Of a DNA stretch of 64,000 nt, positions 35,391 through 48,577 are shown in pieces. Numbering within the stretch: the first letter of the stretch is position 1; each line of letters begins with the position of its first letter. The notes beneath the pieces were generated by a model. That model did no database searches. It was not told where the DNA came from and saw nothing but the letters and a program-made list of their open reading frames with translations. Source of the DNA: Squalus acanthias (Eukaryota); the NCBI GenBank assembly GCA_030390025.1, contig CM059433.1, forward strand, positions 10,728,001 through 10,792,000, read 5' to 3'. Position numbers and translations under genes: made by a program.

Positions 35391-35959
35391 CTGAAAGCTA
35401 ATGTTCTGCTTCTCCAGGCCTATTCGATGCTTTGCTTCTCCACACTGCCCTACCCCCTGACTATGTTGGCGGTTCAGAACAAGTTGCTTTGCTATCTGAT
35501 GAGTGGAGGGCACATTGAATATACATTAGCATTCCACAAACCAGCCCTTTAAACATGCTCCTGTTGAAAATATTGGTTCCAAATGTCTAAAGTACGTGTT
35601 ATTGAATGTACAGTAACCGGCTGCTGTTACGTTCAACAATGAGGCTGAGAAATTTAAATTTGGAGATGTTGCAGGACCAACGAAGGCCAGCGAGCACGGG
35701 GGTGAGGGCTGATCAGGACTTGCTGCGGGACAGTATACGGGCAGCAGAGTTTCAGACGAGCTGGGTTGGGATTGGTGGCGAGCTAATGGAATTCACGGGG
35801 TGGCGGGAGTTGGGGTTGGCAACTGAAGACGATGGCTTCAGTCTTCCCAATGTTTAACTGCAGGAAGTTGCGGCTCATCCAAGACTGGATATTGGATAAG
35901 CAGTCTGACAACACAGAGTCAGTGGAGGGGGTTGAGAGAGGTGGTGGAGAGGGAGCTGT

Positions 35960-36630
35960 GTGTCGTCAACCAGTCCTTTCCCTTCCTTCACCTGTCCAAT
36001 CTAATCTTGAATGTTGAAACAGTTCCCCCCTCAACCACTAACCCTGGAAGTGAATTCACAACTCTCTGCGCAAAAAGGTTTTGGCCGCCCTCTGTTCTAA
36101 ATATCTTGCATTTAATCTTGCATTGGCGTTTACCCTCTGTGTGAGCAAATAGTTCAAAGCACATTTACCCACCCTGTTCCCAGATCCCTTCACCCCCTTT
36201 CCTTCAGCCACCTATCTAATCTAATCTCGAATGTTGACACAGCTCCTGCCTCAACCACTAACCCTGGAACTGAATTCCACAGCCTCCCGCAACTCTTTGT
36301 GTACAGAAGTTTCTCCCGCCCGCTCTTACACTTAATCTTATATCTATGGCCCCTCATTCTAGACACCCTCAACTACAGTCTGCTATCTATCAACCCAGTC
36401 CCATCCTTTCATAATTTTAAACAGTTCTATCATAGCGCCACATAAATCTGCATTGTTCTTAGGAAAAAAGCCCGTAGTTTTTCAAGCATTTCTTCATATT
36501 TTGTATTTTCCTCATACCAGGCAGCATCCTAGTGAATCTGCTTTCTATCCTCTCTAAAGCCTCAATATCTTTCCCATAGTCAGGAGCCCATTATTGCACA
36601 CAGTACTTTCACTGAGGTGCTAATAAGGTA
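35960..36630 (-). mobile_element. Old CR1 fragments, including an internal duplication of about 170 bp
   Basis: ctaatct.gaatgttga.acag.tcc...tcaaccactaaccctggaa occurs at about 36001 and about 36220; CR1 ORF2-like translation. Confidence 0.7.
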
Positions 36631-36859
36631 ACTTACTTAGCAGATGACGTTAATCATTTAAGTTACTTAAAAAAAAGTCTGAGATTAAACAAACGAGGGT
36701 GAAATTGAACCTCCTTTTTTCCCCGTTATTTAGGCCTAAAGCGAGGGCAAGCGGGTCTAATTTAGCAAGGCTATGTTCCCCGGTCCAAAGGCACCTGAAA
36801 CACGTCCAACGCCATATTGATTCGGTTGATATTCAAATGTCATTGGTGTTAGATAGTAG

Positions 36860-36980
36860 CCATGATGTGGAGATGCCGGTGTTGGACTGGGGTGGACAAA
36901 TGTGAGAAGTCGCACAACACCAGGTTATAGTCCAACAGCTTTATTTGAAATCACAAGCATTCGGAGCGGCTGCTCCTTCG
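36860..36980 (-). mobile_element. Penelope family A pLTR fragment (hammerhead core damaged)
   Basis: catgatgtggagatgccggtgttggactggggtggacaaatgtgagaagtcgcacaacaccagg matches 13083-13207. Confidence 0.85.
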
Positions 36981-39900
36981 ACTTCACCTGGCGAGCTGCC
37001 TCAGGAGGCGCAGCAAGCATCCGCAACTCACCCTTTTACGGATGAAATTCTCTCTGAACCTAAAATTTACTTGCAACTATTTTTGATAAATTGTTCATCG
37101 TGAATGTTAATGAAGCAGCGTTGAAAACCTCCACGGGTCTGCTCAACTCTTGTCAGTTCCAACCTGCTGTGAATGTTTGGCGTGCAGCTTCTGCTTTCGC
37201 AGGTCTATTTTTATGTTCTTTTGTCTTACTTTAATTGTTAATTAAGTAACTGTCTGACAATCATTTATCCATTTTAATAACCGCTTCAATATATATTCGT
37301 TAAATCTTGGCTTGTAAGGTATGAAAACATAATTTATTAATAGCTTAAATAACGCTAATTGATTTTATTTTGGTGCAGTGGGAATGAGGTGCCATTCTTC
37401 TGGGGAAAGGAGATGTGACTTTCAAATCTCCAATCTCATCTATACATCACAATCTGCCAATGGAATGTGAGCTTGATTGCCTTGCAATTACACAGAATTA
37501 CATCGAATTTACAGCACAGAAACAGGCCATTTGGCCCAACTGGTCCGTGCCGGTGTTTGTGATCCACATGAGCCTCCTTCCCTCCTCCCACACTATCTCA
37601 CCTAACCCTATCAGCATAACCTTCACGTAGTTGGGAGGAGGCTCGTGTGGAGCATAAATGCCGCATAGACCAGTTGGGCTGAATGACCTGTTTCTGTGCG
37701 GTAGACTTTACGTAGCTCTGTGTAAGTCTAGCTACCCCTTAAATGAATCTATGCTATACGTCTGAACCACTCCTTGTGGTAGAAAGTTCCACATTCCAAC
37801 CACTCTCTGGGTAAAGAAGTCACTCCTGAATTGGATTTATTAGTGACTATCCTATATTGATGACTCCTAGTTTTGGACTCCCCCATAAGTGGAAATTTTA
37901 GATTAGATTTACAGGTTCTTTTCACATAGTTTTTAGATAAACAATATCCTGAGTCTATTGGGTGATTCCGCACTCTGACCGGGGTAGCTGCACTCACAGC
38001 GAGTGCGGGTCAGAGTAAGGCATCGGAGCCCTGATCCTCTGACTCACAATCCCCGCAAGCCAGCTCCCTGTTGCGATGCGTGATTGCGGGATCACCCCAT
38101 GTGTATCCATAATCCAAACAATGTTGGAAATGTTGGGGCAGCCGGCTTCTGTTTAATAAGCAATCCGGGAATATTTCTCCCTCTCTTGAGGTGCATTTAC
38201 GCTGCAGGTTTGTCATCAGCGCGAAGTGATTTGGCTTCACACCAATGCTAAGCTTGCCGTCTGAATCCAGAATCAGGGCCTGACCCAAAAAGAGAGTGAG
38301 ACTCCCTCAGTGTCACACCACTTCAGTTTGACGCCATATGAAGTGTAAACCTAGTTTGCAAATTGCCTAGACCCCTGGGCACTTCGTGAAATCTGAACTT
38401 CAATGTTTAGAGAGCAGGAATTTTCCCACTCCGCACTTTCTGAACATTTAAGGTTTGAATTGTGGGTCAGTGGGGTGGAACATAGAAACATAGAAAAAAT
38501 AGGACCAGGAGTAGGCCATTCGGTATGATCATGGCTGATCCTCTATCTCAATACCATATTCCCGCTCTCTCCCCATACCCCTTGATGCCTTTTGTGTCTA
38601 GAAATCTATCTATCTCCTTCTTAAATATATTCAGTGACTTGGCCTCCACAACCTCTGCTCATGCTTGTACCCAGACACTTCTCACTCTCTCTCGGGCAAA
38701 TTACAATTCCAGCCAAGCAGGAGCCAGGTAATGTAAACACAGTTCTGCCTGGCTGGAACCCGAATTGCAACCCAATTGGTCGCAGACTTGTAGCTGCAAT
38801 GTAAATGCAACCTTAAAAGTATTTGCAATTTTCATGATGATTGTTTTGATTATAAAATTGTTTCCCATATTTGTATTAAAGTCGCAATACAGGATATGAA
38901 AATAATGGAACAAAATACATCTTTGGTAACTAAAATGAGCTGTAATTTGCAACGTGCATTCATTGTGGGTCCTTTTCAAGCTGTTGGATTTATAACATTA
39001 TTGATATGATCTCTTGACATTTGAAATGTTTTACAACTTAATGAACTTGGCAAGAATGCAGTGGCGAGTCATGCGGAGATGATGAATGTTCTCGTTGATG
39101 CGATAGGCTGATATTGGTGAAGGATTGAATCATTTCCAATTCCTACCTAGAGCTGACCCTGAGAACGCAATAGTCAACTCTACTATTTAACATCATAGCA
39201 TGGTACAGTGCTCCTTCATTATACTGTAGATACCACCAATACCAAGAGCTATAACTAAGGTAATGGTTGATATGGTCTCCTGATGGTTGATGCCACTGGT
39301 ACTGGAAATTAGACTGAGCCATACAGTGACATAGGAATGCATTTTGGAAAAAGTTTAGTAAAGTTATAGACCACAATGGAAGTACTTTTAAGCAGTATTT
39401 ATTTTTAATAATGATTTGTGGTGACAGTGGCATTCTAACGACAAGTAAAATAACGCACAATTGTTCTCTTTGATACATTTTTACCTTTGGCATAAAATGC
39501 GGGCAGCAGGACAAGCAAGCAAATAAAATGGAAGGTATGTTCTGCCGCATTTTGCGTCCATAGGTGAAGGCAGCAAGGGCCAGCTGCAGAATAATGAGGG
39601 AGCTCAGCTTCCATCAGTGACGCTAAAGAATGTGTCTCAGGAGATTTAGGAGGTTTGTTCTGTAGGCTCACCACCTAAAGAAGGTTAGGCTAGTTATGAG
39701 AGATTAGCACACATGTGAACTTCATGATCCTTTCTTGCTTACGGTGAACTTTTCATCCGAGAGAGCACAATATTTAAGCTGCACAAGAGTGACACTACTA
39801 GCCTTAGTTGTGCATTGTTTTCTATAGAAACTATCTAACCAAATAACTTCTGGTAGTAAGATAAAAATCAGCACTATCCCTTTTGCATGATGAGGATGAA

Positions 39901-40096
39901 TTCCAAACAGGATTAATATATAATTTTTTAAGGGACTAGGACACTGCGATTGGCAGCTGAATAAAATTCTGATATATGGGTCCAATGGCAAAGTTTGAAT
40001 TTTTGTGTAACTATGTTGAGGGAGACACATGAATAGTAATAATATAGGTGAAGTGCAATCTAAATGGGATAAACTAGCGAAGCCAACTTAAAATAC

Positions 40097-40224
40097 CCAT
40101 GATGTGGAGATGCCGGTGTTGGACTGGGGTGGACAAAAGTGAGAAGTCGCACAACACCAGGTTATAGTCCAACAGCTTTATTTGAAATCACAAGCTTTCA
40201 GAGCGCTGCTCCTTCGTCAGGTGA
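40097..40224 (-). mobile_element. Penelope family A pLTR fragment with hammerhead motif
   Basis: Same pLTR. Minus strand reads TCAC CTGACGA aggagcagcgctct GAAAGCTT GTGA. Confidence 0.87.
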
Positions 40225-40337
40225 TCCTTAAATGTGTTACAGTATTTTGTTTCTTTCTACCTACTGTTAATAAAAGATCTGCATTTGTCTATCTTATCTG
40301 TACACTGAACATTGTTTATGATTTCAAAAGATCTTCA

Positions 40338-40705
40338 GAAAGAAAGAAGAAAGACTTGCATTTAAATAGTGCCTTTCACGACCACCGGATGTCCCAAAGC
40401 ACTTTACAGCCAATAAAGTACTTTTTGAAGTGGAGTCACTGTTGTAATGTAGGAAACGCGGCAGCCAATTTGCGCTCAGCAAGCTCCCACAAACAGCAAT
40501 GTAATAATGACCAGATAATCTGTTTTTGTTATGTTGGTTGAGGGATAAATATTGGCCCCAGGACACCGGGGAGAACTCCCCTGTTCTTCTTCAAAATAGT
40601 GCTATGGGGATCTTTTACGTCCACCTGAGAGAGCAGACGGGGCCTCAGTTTAACGTCTCATCTGAAAGACGGCACCTCCGACAGTGCAGCGCTCCCTCAG
40701 CACTG
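40338..40705 (-). mobile_element. Deu-domain SINE lacking its head
   Basis: Matches 28715-29171. Confidence 0.85.
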
Positions 40706-41487
40706 AAGGTTAGTTTCTTCCAGATGTATCAGTCTCCTGTGTTGTGCAGGAGTTTCCCAATTCATCGCTACCTCGGGAAAAAGAGGAGTCTTCTAACCTA
40801 GAGATGACGAACAGCAGAAACAGTGAAGAAATAAGCCTTCAATAACACTGAAGACAAGAAGAACCATAAACCCATATTCAACTTTTATATGCAGTTTGTC
40901 TAATCGTACAATCTTTTAGTGTTCAGGTGACATTTCGGATCCTTATATTGCAAAAGTGGGTGAATATTGGAAAGCTTTCAAGTGGAAACATCTTTTTTTA
41001 TGTCACTGTACAGGCATAGCTGCTTCATGGTCACCTGTGCAGCGACATGATGACGGCGGCTTTTTTCTCTGCCTTTTGTCCTTCCTGTTATGGCAGCTCT
41101 AAGTCGTGCAGGGTTATGATTACACAGGTGCTAGAAACCATTCAGCACGCCGCCCAGGTGGCCACTCTTTGTGTGTGAACCCAATTTTCCTTGGCAATCT
41201 CATAAGCATAACCAGTGGTGAGAGAGAGAGAGAAATTGCGTGGAAGTCAAAGCTAAAGGTATGGGGCTAATTAAAGGGTGACACAAATACTGAAAGCCTT
41301 TGGTGAGCCTCAGATGAAATCTCAACCCATTGTTAGCCCTTTCCAAGGCTGGAGAGACTAAGAAGAGACAGACAAAATGAAGGGAACAGAAACCGAAGGT
41401 GTACGCGTGAGTCTGGAAGCAGGTGGCCGAGTGAGACCAGCACTCAAGCCTTTGTTTGATGACTGCTGAAGTCGACGTGAAAAAGAA

Positions 41488-41925
41488 AAAAAGAGAGACT
41501 TGCATTTATATAGCACCTTTCACGACCACCAGACGTCTCAAAGCGCTTCACAGCCAATGAAGTACTGTCACTGTTGCAATGTGGGAAATGCGGCAGCCAA
41601 TTTGCACACAGCAAGGTCCCACAAACAGCAATGTGATAATGACCACATAATCTGTTTTTGTTATGTTGATTGAGGGATAACTATTGGCCAGTATACCGGG
41701 GATAACTCCCCTGCTCTTCTTCAAAATAGTGGCCATGATGCGGAGATGCCGGTGTTGGACTGGGGTGGATAAAAATGAGAAGTCGCACAACACCAGGTTA
41801 TAGTCCAACAGTTTTATTTGAAATTACGAGCTTTCGGAGCTCTGCTCCTTCGTCAGGCTGGAGTGGGACTTGAACCCGCAAACCTCCTGCCTCAGAAGCG
41901 AGTGTGTTACCCACTGAGCCACAGT
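41488..41925 (-). mobile_element. Deu-domain SINE whose centre is replaced by a Penelope family A pLTR (about 41733-41857)
   Basis: SINE runs to aaatagtggccatg, then pLTR sequence, then the SINE head ctggagtgggacttgaaccc. Confidence 0.85.
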
Positions 41926-42719
41926 GCAAGAGCTGGTTACAAAGAGGCTTACCCACAATGTCAATCCATGGTACCGTTCCAATAGGCTAGTATTGCAGTA
42001 TGGCTGTAAAGCGATGCATCAAAGTTTTAAGCCATAACTGACCATTAATGACCTTACATGTTCCAGCTCTATGGTGCACGGTAGCTGCAGGTGTTCTTGC
42101 AACAGGTGACATGGCTCTGCATCTGCATCTGCCTCTTTGTTGTCCCAGACCCCGAGAAGACACTTCCCCATGGTCATTGCCTTGTACGTGTGCCAGGGCC
42201 TGCAGAAATGGTTAGGGATGTTTTAGTGGAATTTGGCATTTGATTACCTTGGCATGTTTTCTTTAATGCAGTGTCACTGGAAGAATTACATATTTGTGAT
42301 GGGGATGCTTCTAAGGAAGCATTCAACAATATACTTAGCCAGGCTTCACATGTCTTAGTTGTTGCCAGCTTCCTTTAGGAAGAAAAGCCTCCACCAAAGT
42401 AACGGTCTGCCAAAGCGGTGCTATTTTCACCTTGGCTCCAGATGTGGGTGTGGATATACTCGCAGATAGGCACGGGGCATTTGTCGTGCTATCTTTTCTC
42501 CCTGACAAGCCTCTGTAGGTCCTCCTCATCTTCCAGACATGATAGATAAAGGAAAACCCATTGGGAAACCTATTGGTGCCCGCAGTGCTGCTGACGAGGA
42601 AATAATCGACACCGACTGGCATGAAGACTCATGAGAACTTCAATGCCCACAGTTAAAATAACTTTTTTTTAAAGTGAAGAAAATGATCAAGAAATGGCTA
42701 AAACACCTTTACATTAAAA

Positions 42720-43182
42720 GGAAGACTTACATTTCTATAGTGCCTTTCATGAGCACCGGACATCTCAAAGCCCTTTACAGCCAATGAAGTACTTTTTGAA
42801 GTGGAGTCACTGTTGTAATGTGGAAAACACGGCAGCCAATTTGCGTACAGCAAGCTCCCACAAACAGCAATGAGATAATTACCAGATAATCTGTTTTAGT
42901 GATGTTGGTTGAGGGATAAATATTGGCCAGGATACTGGGGATAACTCCCCTAGTCTTCTTCAAAATAGTGCCATGGGATCTTTTACGTCCACCTGGAAGA
43001 GCAGACAAGGTCGCCGTTTTACATCTCATCCGAAAGACGGCACCTCAGACAGTGCAGCATTCCCTCAGCACTGCACTGGAGTGTCAGACTAGCTTTATGT
43101 GTTTTAAGTCCCTGGAGTGGGACTTGAACCCACAACCTTCTAACTCAGAGGCAAAGGGTGCTACCCACTGAGCCACAGCTGA
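42720..43182 (-). mobile_element. Full-length Deu-domain SINE
   Basis: tRNA head with box A and box B (gggttcaagtccc), Deu core and tail. Confidence 0.87.
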
Positions 43183-44099
43183 GCGAGTTTTACATTACTG
43201 CATTCTTTCCATGGCCTCTAATATACTTACCGCTGCCTAGCAATCTTGGATGCCCATCTCAAATGGGTATTGTTTACGACAGGTGTCCTGCCAGCCAAAA
43301 ATGGCATGCTGGACCAACATTCCTCCAAATCAATATTAAAATCAAGGGCCCACCCACTTGAGGTGAGCACTTCCACCACCTTTGATCTCATGCATCAGAA
43401 AGTGCATCGCAATGAAAAAACGGGCTCATTTCTGGAAAGGCAGGCCTTCCACCCATGTTGCGTATCTGGCTGCTGCAACATTGGCCGAAAGTCAGGCGTT
43501 GGAGTTGAGGGAAATTTGGGCTCAAAGGGGCCGGCTGGCTATTTCTCCATAAGGACAATCAAAGTTCAATTGGTACCTGTCGACACATCTTTCAGCAGAG
43601 TCTCTGTTTATCAGTCAGAAGGAGGGACCATGCCCAATTCTTCTTCGCACTAGAACAGCAACGGCAAGGCTAATTATTTGCACCCCTGCTTCTCCTTGGC
43701 TGAGATTGGCTAATTTTTGTAGCGTTCAAGGGCTGAGCCAGTTCTACGAAGAATAATAAAGCTGGAGTTTTGAAGTCATTTCAGATCTCTCTTCCAATTA
43801 TAAACTGATTTTCCACTTGTGCTATCAGGCTCTTCAGTGTCATGTTGATACTCTATTGTAACTTCACAGGTGTACAGCTGGAGGAAACATTTCTTGAAAC
43901 TGTACCAATTATTTTTGGTCCACTGCCAAAGATAACTGTAGTTTCAAGAGTGAAATTGGTTCTCAGTTTACTAATTAATGATTTTTAAAATTAAGTTAAT
44001 ATTTCAGGGTAGATTCTAGTCTCCACCACCTGGGTGGTAACCTGACAGAGCAGATTGCCCATCCTTTGTAAAACCCGCCTGATTTTCATTCCGTTAAAT

Positions 44100-44908
44100 C
44101 ATGAAGAAGGCAATCTTATCTTTTTATGTCATAGAACTAGTCAGCAGTCAGCTTTTTGATGACTGATGAGACCGATCTTTGCTAGGAATGATCATTCCGA
44201 GTGAACGGTGGATCCCGAATACACCATGTTGGGATTTTTCCTCAGCTGGCGTTTACATTCAGTATCGTCAATGTGTGACGGGCCTCATTGTAGGAGGTGC
44301 CTTCATGGATGGTGTCTCGTCATGCTTTCCTAACTTTGAGCAAGTTGTTCCCACTTTTGGCCGTCTATATTGCACCATTTCAAAGTGGCTTTTAAGCAGT
44401 CTTGATGTCTCTTTTGCTGTCCACCATGAGATTGCTTCCCAGCGGTCAATGCGCCATTAAAAGCCATTATTTGGGACCAGCCTGCCTGTGCCTTCATGAT
44501 CAGAGCGTCTACACTTGGCATGTCAGCTTTTTTAAGAACTTCGGTGTCAGGGATTTTTATCTTGCCATCTGATCTTCATTAGTCGTCTCGGGCAGTTGAG
44601 GTGAAAGTGATTCAGTTCCTTCATGCTCCCGTGCATATGTTGTCCAAGTTTCACCGGCATAAAGCAGAGTTGTCCGATCGACAGCCCTGCACACTTTGAG
44701 CTTGGTCTGCAGGCTGATGCCTCTCTTGTACCAGAGACGCTCACGGAGTTGGCCAAAAACTAAGCTGGCTTTAGCAATTTTGCAGGATGCTTCTGTATCG
44801 ACATGGACTTCTCTAGACAGGGCGCTACCCAGATGGTGAACCTGTCCAGAGCCTGAAGCATGCGACCACCGATAGTGATGATAGGTGGAGTGTATTCTTT
44901 GCCTGGCG
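44100..44908 (-). mobile_element. Older RTE-clade LINE fragment
   Basis: LNHFHLNCPRRLMKIRWQDK, MPSVDALIMKAQ, GKQSHGGQQKRHQDCLKATLK, AKIGLISHQ. Confidence 0.82.
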
Positions 44909-46527
44909 CACCCGTTTCATCCGATAGGTGGCACCTCTGACAGTGCAGCACTCTTTCAGTACTGCACTGAAGTGTTAGTCAAGACATTATGCTCAAGTGT
45001 CTGGAACGGGTATAAAAGTATAGAATAAGGAAAGACACTGGGCCCATCAAGCTCATTCTTTTCACAGACCAATTATAATCCGCTATATTTGAACTATACC
45101 AAACCCATTCAATCTCCTGAGAAAGATTCTGTAAAGCCTGGCCCGGCTTCCAACGGTGAAACAGTTAAAACCTCAGAATAGTTATTTGACTATACATCCT
45201 ATATATTCATCCCTAATAATTGGCTTTGTTAGGAGATAATTTTGTGATTCCAATGACTCAGGAGCACACAGCGTTTCATCGTTCCTGTCTAAGATCCTCT
45301 TTTTAACCTTCAATTCCATTCCTAAGTAGATAATTATCCAGCTCTTTTTTTAAAGGTGTTAATTGATGCAACATTTGCTGATTTTTCTGGGCACATTACC
45401 CTGCCCATCTGTTTCTCCTCTGATAAGGCAAATGTAGACACAGTTATGGTGGGTTCATTCATTTCCAGTTTCAAACAGATAGATTGTAGTCTACCAGTGG
45501 TCTTAAAGCCCACCGGATGTGTGACGACAATAGAGGTGGTAGACAGGTTCAGTACTACTGTAAATGCAGCATTATTTCTTTTATTTGGATCAGGCCTTTA
45601 CTAATTAGCTCGATTGGTGCTTTTAGTCCACTGGTAGTGTTTATTGCTGAGCTGAATTCATACTTGAAAATGCAACTTTGCTTTAACATCGTAAAAACAG
45701 ACATTAGCATCAAGTCTGTTATTTTCTTATTGGGACAAAGTCAGTGTAAGAACTACACTTAGAAAATTGGTCCCTACGTCATTAACCCTGTGACTTCTAC
45801 AACTGTGTCATTGCTAATCTATGCGCCTTTATTTTATATTTATTTTATGAAACTGCTTGTATCGGAAGTCGTTCAGCAATATGTTTTGGCTGCTGCTCAG
45901 ACTTCACCCCATTTACAATGCTGGGTGGGATTTAAAGCACTTGCACAGTTGTTGAAAAGCCAAGTTCATGACTTTTATCTTTTTAGGCGTTAACCCTTTC
46001 CCAGTATCAGCAGGAATATCTTTATAGGCGAGCAATGCTGAAACCTTGGGGCGAACACTCAGCATGCCTGCAGCCAGAAACAAATGGCAACAAGATGGTT
46101 GTCTCTGGTAGCAGTTGCTGCCGGAGAAATAGCAACTCCAGCGAATAGCACCATCTTGTTTTTTTACAGTGCTGCTTTTGGATTCTAGTCTGTCACCATC
46201 AGAAGTACAGGAATATAAATGTTGTATTCATTTAACTCCATCACCCTGTCAGGTAATTGGCTTCAGCAGTCCAGGACGAGGAGGGAAAAAAACAATCCCG
46301 GATGAGTCACAACCTCCTCCAGCTCAGCACTGGGAAGATCAAAGTCACCGTCTATAGCCTCGACCACAAACTCCACTCCTTTGTCGCAAAATTCCATCCC
46401 CCTCCCCAGCCAACGTCTCAAACTGGACCAGACCCTTCTCAACCTCGGCATCCTGCTCAACCCTGGACTGAGCTTCCAACCCAATATCCTTTCTATCACA
46501 GAGACAGCCTACTTCCATCTCTACGTT

Positions 46528-46654
46528 CAAAAGCAAACCCTGGATGCTGTAAAGTTCTGACGAAGGGTCATCGACCTGAAACGCTAACACTGTCTCTCTC
46601 TCCGCAGATGCTGCCTGACCTGCTGAGTGTTTCCGGCATTGTCTGTTTTTATTT
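46528..46654 (+). mobile_element. Penelope family B pLTR insertion
   Basis: Matches the reverse complement of 9570-9665; TSD CATCTCTAC(g/a)TT (46516-46527 / 46655-46666). Confidence 0.8.
46553..46588 (+). ncRNA. Minimal hammerhead ribozyme motif (Penelope family B)
   Basis: GTT-CTGACGA-aGGGTC atc GACCT-GAAACGCT-AAC; stem I GTT/AAC; the stem III palindrome is imperfect. Confidence 0.68.
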
Positions 46655-47068
46655 CATCTCTACATTGTTGCCCACTTCCACCCCACCTTAGCTCTTCTGC
46701 CACTGAAACCCTTGGTTACCTGCAGACCCAACTGTTTCCGAGTTGCCACCCTCCACCCGCTGTAACTGCAACTTGTCCAAATTCTGTCCCACATAAAATA
46801 CCATCATCCCTGCCTTCATTGACCTACATTGTTTCCCTGGGTCCAGTGCACTGGTCGTCGTCTTTGAATCTTTGCAGTTCCTTGTCCCATTCTATCTCTG
46901 AAATCTCCTGCAGGCCTGCATCCCCCCCTAAACACTCTACTCCTCTGGCATTTTGTGCCTCCTCCACTCCCATTGTCCCACCATTAGTGCAAGTTGTGGT
47001 GGTGGTTGTTGTTGTCGTCATTGTTTCCAATACTCTTTCCCAAGATTTGGAGAGCTCCTTCCTCATTG

Positions 47069-47874
47069 TGGACTGAATTTTGCCGGGTCCCACCCGCACA
47101 GTGCAAGGGGACCCGGGAGACGATGGGAAACCTGGAAGTTCGGGTTTCCCAGCACGCTGTGGAGTGAGAGTTTTACCTCCACAGCGTGCGTGCGACATGA
47201 AGGGTGGGTTGCGATGTGAAGGGTGGGTTCCCCGCCCACAAGCCAGCTTGATTGACAGGCTGGCTTCCAGTCGGGCGGGGAACGCGGACCAGGAGGCCAC
47301 AGGACCAGGTAGGTGCTGGGCCCAGGATGGTGGGTGAGGGGGGTGGAAATTCGAAGCCGTGGGGAGGGTCTGATCCCCAACCCCAAGGCCGAGTCGCGAT
47401 CCCAGAGCGGGGCGGATGGGGCGGGGGGGAGGGGGGTAGTGGTCCGATCGCTGGGGGGATGGCCAATCCCTGACCCAGAGGGGTGCAGGCTGCTTTTGGG
47501 GGAGCTTGTGGGGCTAGGAGGAAGCACTCTTGCACCTCCCAGCCCACAGGGATTGCTCCCCGAGGCTGAGGCCACCTCGATGTAGTCACCGGGAATCCCG
47601 AGCCCCGGGATCCCCGGCCGCCTGCAGTAAAACCTGCGAATCAGGTTAAAGTAGAGGCTTCAGGCCTCATTATAATATTTACATTGCCAACCCGCCTCCT
47701 GGCAGTGGGTTGGCAGCCCGTTCCCCCCTCCAGCCCTGTCCCGCCTGAATGAAAGGTGAAAGTAGGCGGGCTGGAGGCGGGTTGGGGACGGGTTTTAAAT
47801 TTTTACAACCTTCACTTCGCCCCCACCCCCCGCACCTCCAACCCATCCATTCTTACCTATGAAAATTCCGGCCA
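47069..47874. mobile_element. Harbinger-like non-autonomous element
   Basis: TGGACTGAATTTT / AAAATTCCGGCCA inverted ends (11/13); flanks TTG/TAG; GC-rich interior. Confidence 0.65.
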
Positions 47875-47924
47875 TAGAGTGAGACAACGAAGGTTTGGGG
47901 CCCCATAACCAGTCACTGCTCTTA

Positions 47925-47926
<2 letters not shown>

Positions 47927-47958
<32 letters not shown>
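47927..47958. repeat. (CT)n microsatellite
   Basis: Read directly from the sequence. Confidence 0.95.
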
Positions 47959-47963
<5 letters not shown>

Positions 47964-48299
47964 GTGAGCTGTTTTGATGAAGAATACAAAAAAAAAATAT
48001 TGCCTTTGATTTCAATGACATGCAGTAAAACCCAGGTGCCAGCATGCAGCCCATAATGGACGTGATAACAGATGCACGCATCAAGCAATTCAATTCTATG
48101 TGAGGCTTTTAGTGGGGATGAATGCATGTAAGACTGTGAAAGAAGGAAGATGTCCTGGTGACGGCTGTTGTGTGAAAGGCGCCATCCAGTATTTGATTTG
48201 CTGAACATTTTAACAGTTTGATGCAAAGTAATGGTAAGCGGCAAACATTGGTTTTCCACTTACCCTGACATGAGAATTCTTGACAGGTCTGAATGACTC

Positions 48300-48550
48300 T
48301 TTTTACTTTGCCTGATCTGGTAAAGTTGCTAAACTTGTTCCAGAACAGAGTGACTGTGTGTGGTGCTTGATTTGCCAATGACAGCCTTCGCCATCTCCTT
48401 CCGCTGTCGCTGAGCAGCTCTCGTCGGGGGTCTCTGCCACTCTGTTCAAAACGAGGCCTCTCTTCTCTGCCTGACTTAGCCCAGCAACACTTCCACTCCT
48501 GCCTCAGAGAACCCAGGGCACTTTGCCCTCCTAGAGGCCACACAGACATT
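48300..48550 (-). pseudogene. Remnant of exon 1 of a third Harbinger Myb/SANT gene
   Basis: RAKCPGFSEAGVEVLLG*VRQRREA...RPPTRAAQRQRKEMAKAV, then WNKFSNFTRSGK|gtaa; aligns by eye with the two other Myb genes. Confidence 0.7.
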
Positions 48551-48577
48551 TTTAGTGAAGAAATTGTGATGGGAGCT

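Larger units (their letters stand above)
46260..47040 (+). mobile_element. Degenerate L2 fragment interrupted by a Penelope pLTR
   Basis: Pyrimidine-rich L2 ORF2-like sequence; its 3' part resembles 62165-62770. Confidence 0.6.

Noticed and set aside
39558..39655. Possible exon after tccatag (GEGSKGQLQNNEGAQLPSV...)
   Set aside because: Stops occur in all frames before a donor, and the product is not recognisable.
40750..40845. Possible terminal coding exon after tgtgcag (EFPNSSLPREKEESSNLEMTNSRNSEEISLQ*)
   Set aside because: No recognisable homology and no supported upstream exons; indistinguishable from chance without RNA data.
42518..42635. Possible terminal exon (PPHLPDMIDKGKPIG...DTDWHEDS*)
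   Set aside because: Weak acceptor, and no protein family recognised.
43490..43545. Collagen-like exon (GVEGNLGSKGPAG)
   Set aside because: Only four Gly-X-Y triplets, with no suitable acceptor tract or donor site.
47080..47830. CpG-island promoter
   Set aside because: The GC-rich block is bounded by inverted terminal repeats and resembles other MITE-like blocks in the window.
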